DNA of 64,000 nucleotides from Candidatus Bathyarchaeia archaeon (GCA_049515895.1 JBEKTQ010000007.1:32001-96000); one strand, 5' to 3'. Positions 19,352 to 29,440 are shown, counted from the stretch's first letter. Program-made: numbers and translations. The notes: generated from the sequence alone by a model not told the origin.

Positions 19352-20125
19352 ATGGTTATTAAAGAGCTCAAAAATCTGCTGTCTTTCCTCACAATCTTTC
19401 CCGTAGCAATGGACAAGGATATGCTTACTGACTGCGCCAAAGGCATGTGGGCTTTCCCTTTGATTGGCGCCTTCATTGGTTTGCTTGCTGGAGTGTTCGG
19501 TTGGGTAGCTTACCAATTTGTGCCCGGAATTGTTGTTGGTGGTTTAGTCTTAGCGGTGCTTCTGCTGATAACTGGGCTCCACCATACTGATGGTCTACTT
19601 GATTTCGGCGACGGAGTTATGGCTCACGGCACACCTGAGCATAAAATTGATGTTATGCACGATCAACTAACAGGCGCTGGAGGCTTGTCCATGGGCATCA
19701 TGACCATGCTGATTAGTGCCTTAGCCATCGGGCAGGTCACTGGTAATGGTCAGTTCGAAATTCCTTTGATAATCGGAGGCATAACAGCTGTGGAGGCTTC
19801 AGCTAAACTTTCCATGGTTGTTATGGGTTGGGCAGGAAAATCCGTTCGCCAAGGCATGAACTCGCCTTTTCTGGAAGCCATGAGAGGAAGTAAAGGCGAC
19901 TTACGTTTGATTGTCGCGTTCGTGCTTTGTTTCGCGGTTACTTTGCCTCTGCTGCGTTGGGCAGGCGCTTTCGTTGTCTTGGCCGGCGTAATTACCAGCT
20001 TGGTGATGGTTGTCGTAGCTCACAGGCATTTTAAGGGAGTTACAGGCGACGTATTCGGAGCCACCAACGAGATAACTCGAATGATCTGTTTAATTGTTTT
20101 ACTGGCGGTGGTCACTTGGGCATAA
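19352..20125 (+). CDS. cobS: Cobamide synthase CobS, copy 2
   Basis: SFLTIFP, TGLHHTDGLLDFGDG, MHD...GA.G, GVTGDVFGA.NE. Confidence 0.9.
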   Translation: MVIKELKNLLSFLTIFPVAMDKDMLTDCAKGMWAFPLIGAFIGLLAGVFGWVAYQFVPGIVVGGLVLAVLLLITGLHHTDGLLDFGDGVMAHGTPEHKIDVMHDQLTGAGGLSMGIMTMLISALAIGQVTGNGQFEIPLIIGGITAVEASAKLSMVVMGWAGKSVRQGMNSPFLEAMRGSKGDLRLIVAFVLCFAVTLPLLRWAGAFVVLAGVITSLVMVVVAHRHFKGVTGDVFGATNEITRMICLIVLLAVVTWA

Positions 20126-20733
20126 CCGCGCTTGTAATGGCTGGCGGAAAAGGAACCCGAATGCTAATCCGCGAAGAAAAACCCTTAATAAAAGTCTGCG
20201 GAAAACCAGTTATCGACTACGTGATTGCAGCATTAAAAACCGCCAAAAAAATCGACGGCATTATCGTCGCCACAAGCGCTTGTACGCCTAAGACCGCCAA
20301 ATACTTGAACAGCTTCCTAGTCAGAGTGGTTGAAACACCCGGGACAGACTATGTTTCCGACATGGGCTACGCCAGTCAAAACCTCAAACTCGACGTTTTT
20401 TTGGCGATCGCAGCAGACCTACCTCTTGTCACTGGCGAAGTGCTAGATACCATAGTTGAACGTTATGAGAGCTGCGGTAAACCAGCCTTGACCGTGGCTG
20501 TTCCCCTTAAAACGAAACAACGGCTCGGAATGAGCGTGGAGTACTCGTTCAAAATGGACGGAAGAGACGTGGTCCCCGTCGGCATCAACGTCATTGACGG
20601 ACGGAGCCGTTACGGCGACGAATGGCTCGACCAAGACATCTACCTGCTAAACCTAGACGAGCTCGCAGTCAACATCAACACAGTGCATGAGCTGAAACTC
20701 GCCGAAAACTTATTAGCTAATCGGAAGCGATAA
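20116..20733 (+). CDS. cobY: Adenosylcobinamide-phosphate guanylyltransferase CobY, copy 2
   Basis: MAGGKGTRM..EKPL, ADLPL, PVGIN, NINT. Confidence 0.85.
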   Translation: MGITALVMAGGKGTRMLIREEKPLIKVCGKPVIDYVIAALKTAKKIDGIIVATSACTPKTAKYLNSFLVRVVETPGTDYVSDMGYASQNLKLDVFLAIAADLPLVTGEVLDTIVERYESCGKPALTVAVPLKTKQRLGMSVEYSFKMDGRDVVPVGINVIDGRSRYGDEWLDQDIYLLNLDELAVNINTVHELKLAENLLANRKR

Positions 20734-21603
20734 TTTTTTCTGCTTGGTATCTAGGACTTCTTTAAGTGTTTCTTTCATTTTTCTTGCGTCAACATCCAAA
20801 TTAGGTGACTCGCATATCATTGTCGGATGCATTTTGAAGTCGACGATGACCTCGGCTAGCAAGCGGAAGTCCGGACCAAACCTTTCTTCATCGAGTGTGT
20901 GGTGTTTTTTTTCGCCTTGGGCGGTAAACTCAATTTTTGAGAAGTGACAGTGCATGCTTCGCATAGCTTCAGAGTCAAGCTTTTCTTCGACTTTTTCGGC
21001 GATCTCCCTGAAGTCCCCGGATTTCTTTAGGCTCCCTTGGTGAAGAGCGTGTAGGTGAGCCCAATCAACCACGAGTTGAGTGCCTTCTATTTCTTGGCAC
21101 AGCGTCAGGATTTCATCCAAGCTGCCCACTTGGAACTTTCTTCCCATGGTTTCAGGGCCAAGCTTAACGTGAAGTCCAAGGCTTCGCATTTCGGTGCTGA
21201 CCTCTTTAAGAGCGTTCAGGCAGGTTTTGAAGGCGAAGTCTTTTTCGAAGCGACCGTAAAATCCAGTGTGGAATACCATAACGTAAGCTCCCATCCAGTC
21301 GGCTGCGGTTGCGGACGCGATAAGCCGTCGTTTGCTTGCTTCCACAATCTCCCGTTTGCCTGACAAGTTAATGTAGTATGAGCCGTGAAGGCTAAGTTGC
21401 ACATCGTTTTCTTTGGCGGCGACACCCAACTTTTCCGCATGCTCCTTTGTGATCTGCGGCTTTGGCCCCCAACGGACTGCCTCGTACTCCAAGGCATCTA
21501 ATCCTTCTTCACGTAGCAACCGCGGAACGTCAGGCAAATCAGCTCCCAAAAGCCTGAACATCGGCGGAACACCTGCGGGTCCAAAACGAGTACGCTCAGC
21601 CAT
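20713..21603 (-). CDS. nfo: Archaeal endonuclease IV (AP endonuclease 2, TIM barrel)
   Basis: RFGPAG.P, HGSYYINL, H.G, PETMG, DWAH, H.HFSKIE, ICESP. Confidence 0.88.
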   Translation of the reverse strand: MAERTRFGPAGVPPMFRLLGADLPDVPRLLREEGLDALEYEAVRWGPKPQITKEHAEKLGVAAKENDVQLSLHGSYYINLSGKREIVEASKRRLIASATAADWMGAYVMVFHTGFYGRFEKDFAFKTCLNALKEVSTEMRSLGLHVKLGPETMGRKFQVGSLDEILTLCQEIEGTQLVVDWAHLHALHQGSLKKSGDFREIAEKVEEKLDSEAMRSMHCHFSKIEFTAQGEKKHHTLDEERFGPDFRLLAEVIVDFKMHPTMICESPNLDVDARKMKETLKEVLDTKQKKLSLPIS

Positions 21604-21684
21604 CAAATCCCATCTTTCTATTTTGGTTGTCAAACATTAAAGTTTCCACTCCTTAAAACTTCCGACGATTGTTTGAGCTAAGCG

Positions 21685-22467
21685 TTAGAGCAGATGGACT
21701 ATTGTCGGGATAATTACATACAGGCGAACGTATATGGCCGCGACTGTTATTCCAATGGTTATTGCCAGCAGGGCATAGTCTCCTTTGTGGAGTTTTAGAG
21801 AGTAGAGATTGGTGCGTTTCTTGGTGGCTCCCCACGCTCGGCTCTCCATCGCCTCAGCCAACTCGAGGCTCCTTCGAATTGCGCTGACAATGAGCGGGAT
21901 AAGGACGGGTACGTAATTTCTAATTCTCTTCAACAAGCCGCCTTTCTCCAGCTCTAGCCCCCTTGCTTTTTGAGCATCCATAATTGTTTGCGCTTCTTCT
22001 GCAAGCACAGGGACGAATCGCACTGCTGTGGTGAAGGCAAAGGCGAATTCGTAGGGTACGTGGGATTCTTCCAGCGCCAAGCCTAGGTGATCGGGTGAGG
22101 TGGTTAAGAAGAAAACTGAGAAGGATTCCACAAGGACCACGAAGCGCAGAGTTAATGCGACTGCGTTCTCAACAGCGGGGGGCGTTACCTTGTAGCCTGC
22201 GTAGAAAAATGATGTTCCAACGTTAACTGCGAAAATGATAGCTGCCAAAAAAGCGGCCCCTCGCAAGGAGCGGAGCCATTGCCGCTGCACGTGAGCCAGC
22301 AAGACGAAGGGAAGCTGCAATACGAATAGGAAAAGCAGAGGGATGACTTGGGAGAAGATGATTGCGACGGCGAAGATTGATATGACGTAGATGAATTTTA
22401 TCCTCGGGTCTAAATTGTGGATTGGAGAGTAAACTTTTCGGAACTTTAACCCGTCGAAGATGCTCAT
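21685..22467 (-). CDS. ecfT: ECF transporter T component
   Basis: LDPR.K, RFVP, AQKARG, AMESR. Confidence 0.92.
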   Translation of the reverse strand: MSIFDGLKFRKVYSPIHNLDPRIKFIYVISIFAVAIIFSQVIPLLFLFVLQLPFVLLAHVQRQWLRSLRGAAFLAAIIFAVNVGTSFFYAGYKVTPPAVENAVALTLRFVVLVESFSVFFLTTSPDHLGLALEESHVPYEFAFAFTTAVRFVPVLAEEAQTIMDAQKARGLELEKGGLLKRIRNYVPVLIPLIVSAIRRSLELAEAMESRAWGATKKRTNLYSLKLHKGDYALLAITIGITVAAIYVRLYVIIPTIVHLL

Positions 22468-23288
22468 TGCCGTTTGCTCTCCGTGGCTTTTAGGATTATT
22501 TTTTCTGCTTCGTAAATGTCAATGACGTTTTTTGGGAAACCCAGTGGTGATAGCTTTGCGAAGACCTGCGCTATCTGAGGAAGAACAATCGAAGATTCCG
22601 CTAGAACCTGCGGGTTTGTTAGGATGTCTTTTCCCGTGCCTTCAGCAACGATTTTTCCCTCCTTCATCAAAACAACCCGAGGGTTACATTCAGCCACGAA
22701 CTCCACGTCATGCGTGACAATCACCACAGTTTTACCCTGCGCCTGCATTTGCATGATAAACTGGGTCAGTTTCTCTTTTTGCTCATGGTCCTGCCCGATG
22801 GTGGGTTCATCCAAGATAAGCATCTGTGGGTTCCATGCCAAAACCGACGCCAACGCGACCCGCTTCCGCTCGCCTCCGCTTAAGAGAAAAGGTGAGATCT
22901 TACGGTACTGGCTGAGCGATAGTAGCTCCAGAGCCCACGTTACTCGCTTCTCGACCACGTCTGGGTTGAACCCGAAGTTCTTGAGGGCAAAAGCGATTTC
23001 CTCTTCGACAGTTTCGCTGAAAAGTTGATGGTCAGGGTTCTGGAAAACAAAACCCACGTTTCGGGCGAGCGTTGCAACGCTTGTTTTGGTTGTTTCAACG
23101 CCGTCCACAAGAACCTTTCCCGATGAAGGTTTCAAAAGTCCGTTAAAATGCTTGACGAAGGTTGATTTTCCGGCTCCGTTTTGCCCCATTATCGCCAGGA
23201 ACTCGCCGTCTTTTACGGTTAACGAGACGCCTTTGAGCGCTTCGACCTTGTTAGCATAGGAGAAGCGGACATCTTGTGCCTCAATCAT
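22464..23288 (-). CDS. ecfA2: ECF transporter ATPase
   Basis: GQNGAGKST, FQNPDHQ, LSGGE, LDEPT. Confidence 0.92.
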   Translation of the reverse strand: MIEAQDVRFSYANKVEALKGVSLTVKDGEFLAIMGQNGAGKSTFVKHFNGLLKPSSGKVLVDGVETTKTSVATLARNVGFVFQNPDHQLFSETVEEEIAFALKNFGFNPDVVEKRVTWALELLSLSQYRKISPFLLSGGERKRVALASVLAWNPQMLILDEPTIGQDHEQKEKLTQFIMQMQAQGKTVVIVTHDVEFVAECNPRVVLMKEGKIVAEGTGKDILTNPQVLAESSIVLPQIAQVFAKLSPLGFPKNVIDIYEAEKIILKATESKRQ

Positions 23289-24136
23289 TTGGTTCCAAGC
23301 ATCTCCAATAGTTGGTCAGCTAACTCCACAGAAGACAAGGGCATATTTTTGCCAATGTTTAAGCCGTCTTTTTTGAGCAATTGATAAAGCAACGTTGCCT
23401 TGGGTATTCCGACGCCGATAAGGCGGGTTTCTTCCGTGCTGAGGATTTCTCTCGGGTTGCCTTCGAAACGCACTTTTCCCTCATCCATAACAATTAGGTG
23501 ATTCGTGTACTTCGCCGTCAAGTCCAGCCTGTGCTCTACGAGAATCACCGTTATTCCCTGTTTTCTGTTTAAATCGTAAATAACATCAAAAATTCTTTCG
23601 GCGCTTAAGGGGTCAAGGAAAGATGTGGGTTCATCCAGTACGATGATTTCGGGTTCCATAGCTAAAACGGCTGCAATCGCTACCCGCTGCTGCTGTCCCC
23701 CAGAAATTTCATGAGGAGACCGTTCACGCAAATCGTAGATGCCCGTTTGGTTTAGTGCCCAATCCACTTTTTTTCTAATTTCTTCTCTGGGAACCCCAAA
23801 GTTTTCCAACCCAAAAGCCACGTCCTTCTCGACTGACAGGGCGAAAAGCTGGTTTTCTGGGTTCTGAAAAACTAAGCCCACATGCTTAGCCATCTCATAT
23901 GTGTGGCGTTTTAGAACGTCTTCGCCTGCAACCGTGATTTCGCCCTGCAGGTCGCCTTGATAAAAATGCGGGACAAGCCCATTGAAGCATCGGCACAAAG
24001 TTGTTTTTCCGCAGCCGCTTGGACCCGTGATTAACACGAACTCACCTTTTTCCACTTTGATTGAGACGTCGGCGATTGACGGTTTTGCTGCGCCTGGATA
24101 TGTGTAAGTGAGATTTTTGGTTTCGATTATAGCCAT
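23285..24136 (-). CDS. ecfA1: ECF transporter ATPase
   Basis: GPSGCGKTT, FQNPENQ, SGGQQQR, LDEPT. Confidence 0.92.
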   Translation of the reverse strand: MAIIETKNLTYTYPGAAKPSIADVSIKVEKGEFVLITGPSGCGKTTLCRCFNGLVPHFYQGDLQGEITVAGEDVLKRHTYEMAKHVGLVFQNPENQLFALSVEKDVAFGLENFGVPREEIRKKVDWALNQTGIYDLRERSPHEISGGQQQRVAIAAVLAMEPEIIVLDEPTSFLDPLSAERIFDVIYDLNRKQGITVILVEHRLDLTAKYTNHLIVMDEGKVRFEGNPREILSTEETRLIGVGIPKATLLYQLLKKDGLNIGKNMPLSSVELADQLLEMLGTK

Positions 24137-24185
24137 TTTTTGTGCCTGCTATCTTAAGCGTGAGACTTTGCTCATTTAAGCGTAG

Positions 24186-25184
24186 CTACCCAACTTTGGC
24201 TATTTTCTGTCTTAGAAGAATCAGACATTGTTTTAGTGTTGGCTCTATTTCTCCTGTGCCGCTCACTCCGGCTGCCATCGCGTGTCCTCCGCCGACTCCG
24301 TGCAGGAATTCGCCAAGAGGAGCTGCGATATCTTTTCCCAAGTTGATGCCTGTCTCCTCGGTGAACTGGCGTGTGCAGCGCAAGCTTATCTCGATTTTTC
24401 CGTTTTTCAACCCTGCCACAGCTGAAGCGTGGGCGCCTAAATCGACCAGCGATTTTGCTGCTGCTGCTTGGTAGGCGCTGACATGCGAGACGGCGATTAT
24501 CCAGCCGTTGATCCTTGCGATTTTGGCTCTTTTGCAAGCCTTAAGCTTAGCTAGCCTTTCTGAAGTGTCGATGGGCAGGGAAAACTCTTGCAGCGTCGCC
24601 TGCACATCTATACCCTCGCCCACCAGTTTAGCCACGATTCCAAAGGTTGATGCGCTTGCCAAAGAGAAATGCCGCGTGTCGAAGGCTATGCCCACAAACA
24701 ACGCTTTTGCTTCGTTGAAGTCAGGCTTGGTTTTCGCTTGTTTGAAAAGTCTGTAGACTATTTCGCAGTTGGCGGCTGCTTTCTGGTCAATGACGCAGAG
24801 TTTGCAGATTTCAGTGGTTGAAGGGCTTGGGTAGTGGTGGTCAACTATTATTTTCGGTGCAGGCGACCTTCTTATGGTTTCAGCCACTATGTCAAGCTGG
24901 TCAATCGTGTTTAAATCCAGAAAAACAATCACATCCGCCGATTCAATGTTCGGCTTCAAGTTGACTGTTATCGGCATACGTTCCAGAATCAGCTTAGACG
25001 GTTTGTTGACGCCTTGGGGGCAACCGATTTCAAACACGACGTCTGGCATGAACCGTTTGAGCAAGCCCTGCAAAGCGTAGGCTGAGCAGATTGCGTCAGC
25101 GTCAGCACTGCGGTGACACAGCAAAAGAACAAAAGATGCCTTATTTTCCTTGAGTACTTGCAGAAGATTTTGGAATTCGTTCAT
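24186..25184 (-). CDS. DHH/DHHA1 phosphoesterase
   Basis: H..AD.D, VDHH, DT..F, GGGH..AAG. Confidence 0.9.
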   Translation of the reverse strand: MNEFQNLLQVLKENKASFVLLLCHRSADADAICSAYALQGLLKRFMPDVVFEIGCPQGVNKPSKLILERMPITVNLKPNIESADVIVFLDLNTIDQLDIVAETIRRSPAPKIIVDHHYPSPSTTEICKLCVIDQKAAANCEIVYRLFKQAKTKPDFNEAKALFVGIAFDTRHFSLASASTFGIVAKLVGEGIDVQATLQEFSLPIDTSERLAKLKACKRAKIARINGWIIAVSHVSAYQAAAAKSLVDLGAHASAVAGLKNGKIEISLRCTRQFTEETGINLGKDIAAPLGEFLHGVGGGHAMAAGVSGTGEIEPTLKQCLILLRQKIAKVG

Positions 25185-25468
25185 TTTAGCTTTCTCAAAA
25201 AGTTTTCAACAGCCTTATGTGCGGTCTTTGTCGCTTCTTTGACCAGCACCTGGGCATCTACGTCTTTAGCTTCAGGCGAGAGAACGAGGTTGATTTCTAC
25301 AGAAACCTTCAGCGGTTTTGAAGCTTCCGCTTCCACGCTGATATCTAATATGTCAACCATCTTAGAAGAAACTTTGACTAGAACGCATTTTCTAGCGGCG
25401 TCCTCCGCCCTCGCGCACAAGTTTTCTATTTGCTCAGTGGATAGCTCTGGTATCCCCAGCTCATCCAA
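25181..25468 (-). CDS. DUF3194-like protein
   Basis: 95 aa between prefoldin beta and DHH; LS.EQIE.L...AE.AAR. Confidence 0.65.
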   Translation of the reverse strand: MDELGIPELSTEQIENLCARAEDAARKCVLVKVSSKMVDILDISVEAEASKPLKVSVEINLVLSPEAKDVDAQVLVKEATKTAHKAVENFLRKLK

Positions 25469-25478
25469 AGGGGTTCAC

Positions 25479-25853
25479 CTAAGATGTAGGTGGCTGATTA
25501 ACTGGGTTCAGGTCTTCTTGAAGTTTTGTCTGCGACTCCTTTATTTGGCTGCGCATTCGCTCCTCTTGCCTTGCCAAAACCGTGCTTCTTGTTTCCAGAA
25601 GTTCTTTGCGTTCAACAAGGTCTTCTGTCACTTTTGGCTTCTCAGCTTTAACCAGCAAGGAACCCACTGCCTTGTAAATAACTGCTGTGTCAGCTGTTTT
25701 CTGCAGTTCCGTTATTGTCTGATCTACTTCTGATTTTTCCATTTCAACCTGCTGTTTCTGCGCTAAAATCGACTGTAGCGTTTGTTGTAGCTGCTGCAGT
25801 CTAAGAAGCCTTTCTTGAACGTTAGGCGGTAATCTTGAAAGTTCATCACTCAA
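25479..25853 (-). CDS. pfdB: Prefoldin beta subunit
   Basis: LPP.VQ..L..LQQLQQ, IYKAVG.LLVK, coiled coils. Confidence 0.95.
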   Translation of the reverse strand: MSDELSRLPPNVQERLLRLQQLQQTLQSILAQKQQVEMEKSEVDQTITELQKTADTAVIYKAVGSLLVKAEKPKVTEDLVERKELLETRSTVLARQEERMRSQIKESQTKLQEDLNPVNQPPTS

Positions 25854-25933
25854 ATTTCATCCTTCCGTACCCAGCAATAAGAGAAGCCCTTAATTAAGTA
25901 TTTCCAACAGGCATAGCCGTTCCGGAAGACATG

Positions 25934-27259
25934 CTAAATCCCTGTTTGGTTCCAGTAGTAAACATGCTGGTAACCCACGTTCGTAACTGGGTACTGCGGG
26001 TCAGCGTATACTATGTCCAAGCTCACTCTGTACTGTGACAAAAGAGCGCTTGTGCCTATTGCTATCTGCATGGTCTTGCCATCAGTCAGCCAGAAACCCC
26101 AAATCGTATCGTTCGGGTTACGCATTCCCCACCCGTAGTTTTCAGGCAAAACCAGCACGGCATCTGGACCGCTTAAATCAGGAAATTGCTTCTGGTGTAT
26201 GTCGTTCCAGAAGCTTTGCATAGCGATCAACTGGTCATTTGTCAATGCGCCATAGATACTTCCGTTATCATACGGGTAGTTAAAAACTGCAATGTATTTT
26301 GCCCCTGCCTCGTATGAGGTCAGCATTTGATCGTAAATTTGCGATCCGCTGTCCAGATAGTAAGGTTCATCGTCGTACTTCCAAGTGATCATTGCACCCC
26401 ACTCTTTGCCTTGCATTCTTGCGGCTCCCTTCACAAGAGCAATTTGCTCAGCTACGCTGCAGTTCCAACCTAACTCAGCGAACATAACATTGTATCCACC
26501 CAAGTAATCATACCAGTAAAGGGCATAGTCAGAAGTGAATGTTGTGACAGTAGCGTTTTTCAAAAGACTAAGTCCATTGTCTCCTTCAAGGATATCTTGT
26601 GTGAAAAAGTTGGCTTCTAAATCATAGTTTGGAGGGCTTGTTTTGTTATTCATGAAGCCAAGCATCTTATAATAAATCTGATTCAGGTCGTAGATTGGTT
26701 TTATATATCTTTGGTAAGCCTCAGTTTTAGTATAGTTGCCTGTTGTAAAATTGCTACTTAGAAACTGCGGCTGCCAATGACTAAACCAATATGACCAGTT
26801 GCCATCTAGTTGAATGCCCCCTGGCTCGTCGTTGTAATACATTCCCAAGAATTTGTTGCCCCACTTTGTCTTCCATTGCTGCGTAACGTTTAATGATTGA
26901 TTCCAAAACCAGTAGCGGCTGGTGTCAAAAGGTTGTTGGATGCCGACGTTTATAATTACGCTTAACCCGTTAGCGACTGCGTAATCGCAGATTTCATTGA
27001 CCGCTGTTTCGTTTTGGGTAATTGCGTTTCTTCCTGAGTCCAGTATGAAGAGGTTCGTGTAGCCTTTCACTTTGTCAATGAGGATTTTGGCTTCCAGTGT
27101 GGTGTTTCCCCCGAAGGCTACCCCAACATAAACGTTGTTCGGATTAGCCTTAGGTTGGCTTTCAATCGAGTAAGTTGTGTAGGCCCCTACTGAAACAGCC
27201 AATATCACGATTAGGAAAGCAGGAATCAAGTATTTGCTAACTCGCTTTAGGCTGCTCAT
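25934..27259 (-). CDS. Membrane-anchored extracellular protein, paralog of 36900..38045
   Basis: N-terminal TM; VKGYTNLF, YNDEPGG.QLD, TSDYALY, AELGWN, GAA, WG..ITW.Y, GAKYI, LP.NYG.G.R. Confidence 0.8.
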   Translation of the reverse strand: MSSLKRVSKYLIPAFLIVILAVSVGAYTTYSIESQPKANPNNVYVGVAFGGNTTLEAKILIDKVKGYTNLFILDSGRNAITQNETAVNEICDYAVANGLSVIINVGIQQPFDTSRYWFWNQSLNVTQQWKTKWGNKFLGMYYNDEPGGIQLDGNWSYWFSHWQPQFLSSNFTTGNYTKTEAYQRYIKPIYDLNQIYYKMLGFMNNKTSPPNYDLEANFFTQDILEGDNGLSLLKNATVTTFTSDYALYWYDYLGGYNVMFAELGWNCSVAEQIALVKGAARMQGKEWGAMITWKYDDEPYYLDSGSQIYDQMLTSYEAGAKYIAVFNYPYDNGSIYGALTNDQLIAMQSFWNDIHQKQFPDLSGPDAVLVLPENYGWGMRNPNDTIWGFWLTDGKTMQIAIGTSALLSQYRVSLDIVYADPQYPVTNVGYQHVYYWNQTGI

Positions 27260-27441
27260 TGTTAGACCTGCACGAGAATGTTAACTTGTTCCATCCTTAA
27301 TGTCTTACTGTAAAACCTCTCTTTCTGTTAACGGATAGGCAGGAAACAGTTTTTCATATCCGAGTAAACATTTAAGGTTTTCTTGTGAAGTATTTTAAGG
27401 AGTCCAATCATTAACCAACACAGGAAAGGAAGGGAAAGAAA

Positions 27442-27813
27442 TTGGAAAGGGCAAATGTTACAAAGGAAGAAATCCAGCAGCAAGACACTCGTTTCTTGGC
27501 AGTTTATGTTGAATCAAAGAATTCCTGTATGGTAATGTTGAGCGAAAGAGAAGACAAGCTTGGAACATTAGCGATAGCTGTTCCCAAACCCAAAGAAGGC
27601 GTTGGCGCTGTCACGTCCTCTGTGCTTCTCGGCGACAAAAACATTATTTCGGCGCGGATGTTTGCTGAGTATGTTGCTTCTAAGAAGGGAAAAATTGCCC
27701 TTGTTTCAGTTTACCTTGAGAAAGTGGGCGAAATTCAGGCCCAGGGATTCTTCAATAAGCTTATTGACAAGCTCATTAAAAGCGAAAACCAAAAGGAGCC
27801 TACTGCAACCTGA
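27442..27813 (+). CDS. Putative proteasome assembly chaperone PAC3/PAC4-like protein
   Basis: 123 aa with LGTLAIAVP...SSVLLGD...AR..AE..A....IALVSV, recalled as PAC4-like. Confidence 0.5.
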   Translation: MERANVTKEEIQQQDTRFLAVYVESKNSCMVMLSEREDKLGTLAIAVPKPKEGVGAVTSSVLLGDKNIISARMFAEYVASKKGKIALVSVYLEKVGEIQAQGFFNKLIDKLIKSENQKEPTAT

Positions 27814-27839
27814 TAAAAACGCAGGCTGGAAAGCTTGCC

Positions 27840-28352
27840 GTGAAACAGGGAAATCCCATGATTTACCAATTGGCAACCGCCGATATTCCAGCAATCCTAA
27901 GCGTGGTAAACAGCGCCGCAATCGCCTATAAAGGGAAAATCCCAAGTGACGCATGGAAAGAGCCTTACATGCCAGAGCAAGAGCTTGAAGAAGAGATCCG
28001 CAGTGGCGTGAAATTTTACGGCTGCAAAGACAACGACGTTTTAATGGCAGTTATGGGAATCCAACGTGTGCGGGATGTAACTTTGATTAGGCATGCTTAT
28101 GTGCTGCCGGCCATGCAGCGTAGAGGCTTGGGGCAAAAATTGTTGGAGCATTTGATGGGTTTGGCTGCGACACGTCAGGTTTATGTTGGGACATGGGAGA
28201 CTGCAAGCTGGGCTGTGAAATTTTATGAGAAAAACAGGTTTCAACTCGTGCCATCTGCGGAAAAGAACAGGTTGCTAAGGACTTACTGGAGAATTTCGGA
28301 GCGGCAGGTTGAAACGTCAGTAGTGCTCAAACTTAAAAGGCAACTTAGATGA
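27840..28352 (+). CDS. GNAT acetyltransferase
   Basis: YVLP..QRRGLG..LL, A..FYEK..F. Confidence 0.88.
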   Translation: MKQGNPMIYQLATADIPAILSVVNSAAIAYKGKIPSDAWKEPYMPEQELEEEIRSGVKFYGCKDNDVLMAVMGIQRVRDVTLIRHAYVLPAMQRRGLGQKLLEHLMGLAATRQVYVGTWETASWAVKFYEKNRFQLVPSAEKNRLLRTYWRISERQVETSVVLKLKRQLR

Positions 28353-29440
28353 AAGAAACCTTATTGCTCAAAGTTGACTCTCAAAATCCAGATGCTTCCA
28401 AAATACAGGTTGCTGCGAAATTCATCCGCAAAGGCGGGTTAGTAGCTTTTCCCACCGAGACTGTCTATGGTTTAGGCGCAGATGCTCTGAATGCTGATGC
28501 TGTTTTATCGCTTTTCGAAGCTAAAAAGCGGCCTTTAGATAATCCTCCAATCGTTCACATCGCAGACCCTAAGGAAATCTACAGGCTGGTTGAAGAAGTG
28601 CCGAAAAAAGCAGAGTTATTGATGAAACGATTTTGGCCAGGTCCGTTGACGCTGGTTTTTAAGCGTTCAAGCGTCGTCCCTAGCGTGACCGTTGCAGGTT
28701 TAGAAACAGTTGCAGTTCGAATGCCTAAGCATAAAGTGGCTTTAGCGTTGATAAGGCAAAGCGGTTGCCCAATTGCTGCTCCAAGCGCAAACCTTGCGGG
28801 GAAACCCAGCCCTACAACCGCTCAGCATGTTTTTGAGGATTTAAATGGCCGCATCGACGTTATCTTGGACGGTGGCGCCACAGACATCGGGGTTGAATCA
28901 ACTGTTGTGGACTTGAGCGTTGATCCGCCTATGGTTCTTCGGCCAGGCGGAACGTCTTTTGAAGCGTTAAGGCAGGTTTTGGGTGACCTGAGACTTCACC
29001 CTTTCGTTCTTGCTGAGGCTGAGTTGCCCCTGGAAAAGACGCGTTCTCCGGGAATGAGGCATAAGCACTATGCACCTAAAGCGGAAGTAATACTCGTGGA
29101 AGGAAACGTTCCGGAAGTGATTGCCAAGGTCAAGGAGCTGTCTGAATTTTACAGGCTTAAAGGGGTAAAGGTCGGCGTCTTAGCCACTGACGAAACGCAA
29201 ACCAACTACAGGGCCGACGTGATTAAATCGTTAGGAAGCCGCTTTAACTTGGCCGTTGTAGCCCAGAGCCTTTTCCGCTTATTGAGAGAAATTGATGCGG
29301 AAAATGTCGGCGTCATAATTGCTGAAAGTGTTTCTTCTGAAGGGCTCGGATTAGCCGTCATGAACAGGCTTCGCAAAGCGTCAGGCTACCACATCGTCAA
29401 AGCAAACTCAGCTCAAGATTCAAGCGGAACGCAAGCTTAG
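28349..29440 (+). CDS. sua5: Threonylcarbamoyl-AMP synthase Sua5
   Basis: FPTETVYGL, K.RP.DNP, PSAN.AG, SPGM...HYAP, MNRL.KA. Confidence 0.96.
   Translation: MKETLLLKVDSQNPDASKIQVAAKFIRKGGLVAFPTETVYGLGADALNADAVLSLFEAKKRPLDNPPIVHIADPKEIYRLVEEVPKKAELLMKRFWPGPLTLVFKRSSVVPSVTVAGLETVAVRMPKHKVALALIRQSGCPIAAPSANLAGKPSPTTAQHVFEDLNGRIDVILDGGATDIGVESTVVDLSVDPPMVLRPGGTSFEALRQVLGDLRLHPFVLAEAELPLEKTRSPGMRHKHYAPKAEVILVEGNVPEVIAKVKELSEFYRLKGVKVGVLATDETQTNYRADVIKSLGSRFNLAVVAQSLFRLLREIDAENVGVIIAESVSSEGLGLAVMNRLRKASGYHIVKANSAQDSSGTQA

Noticed and set aside
20713-21603. CbiR cobamide-remodelling enzyme
   Set aside because: Same superfamily and next to cobY, but it is convergent and its motifs fit ordinary archaeal endonuclease IV
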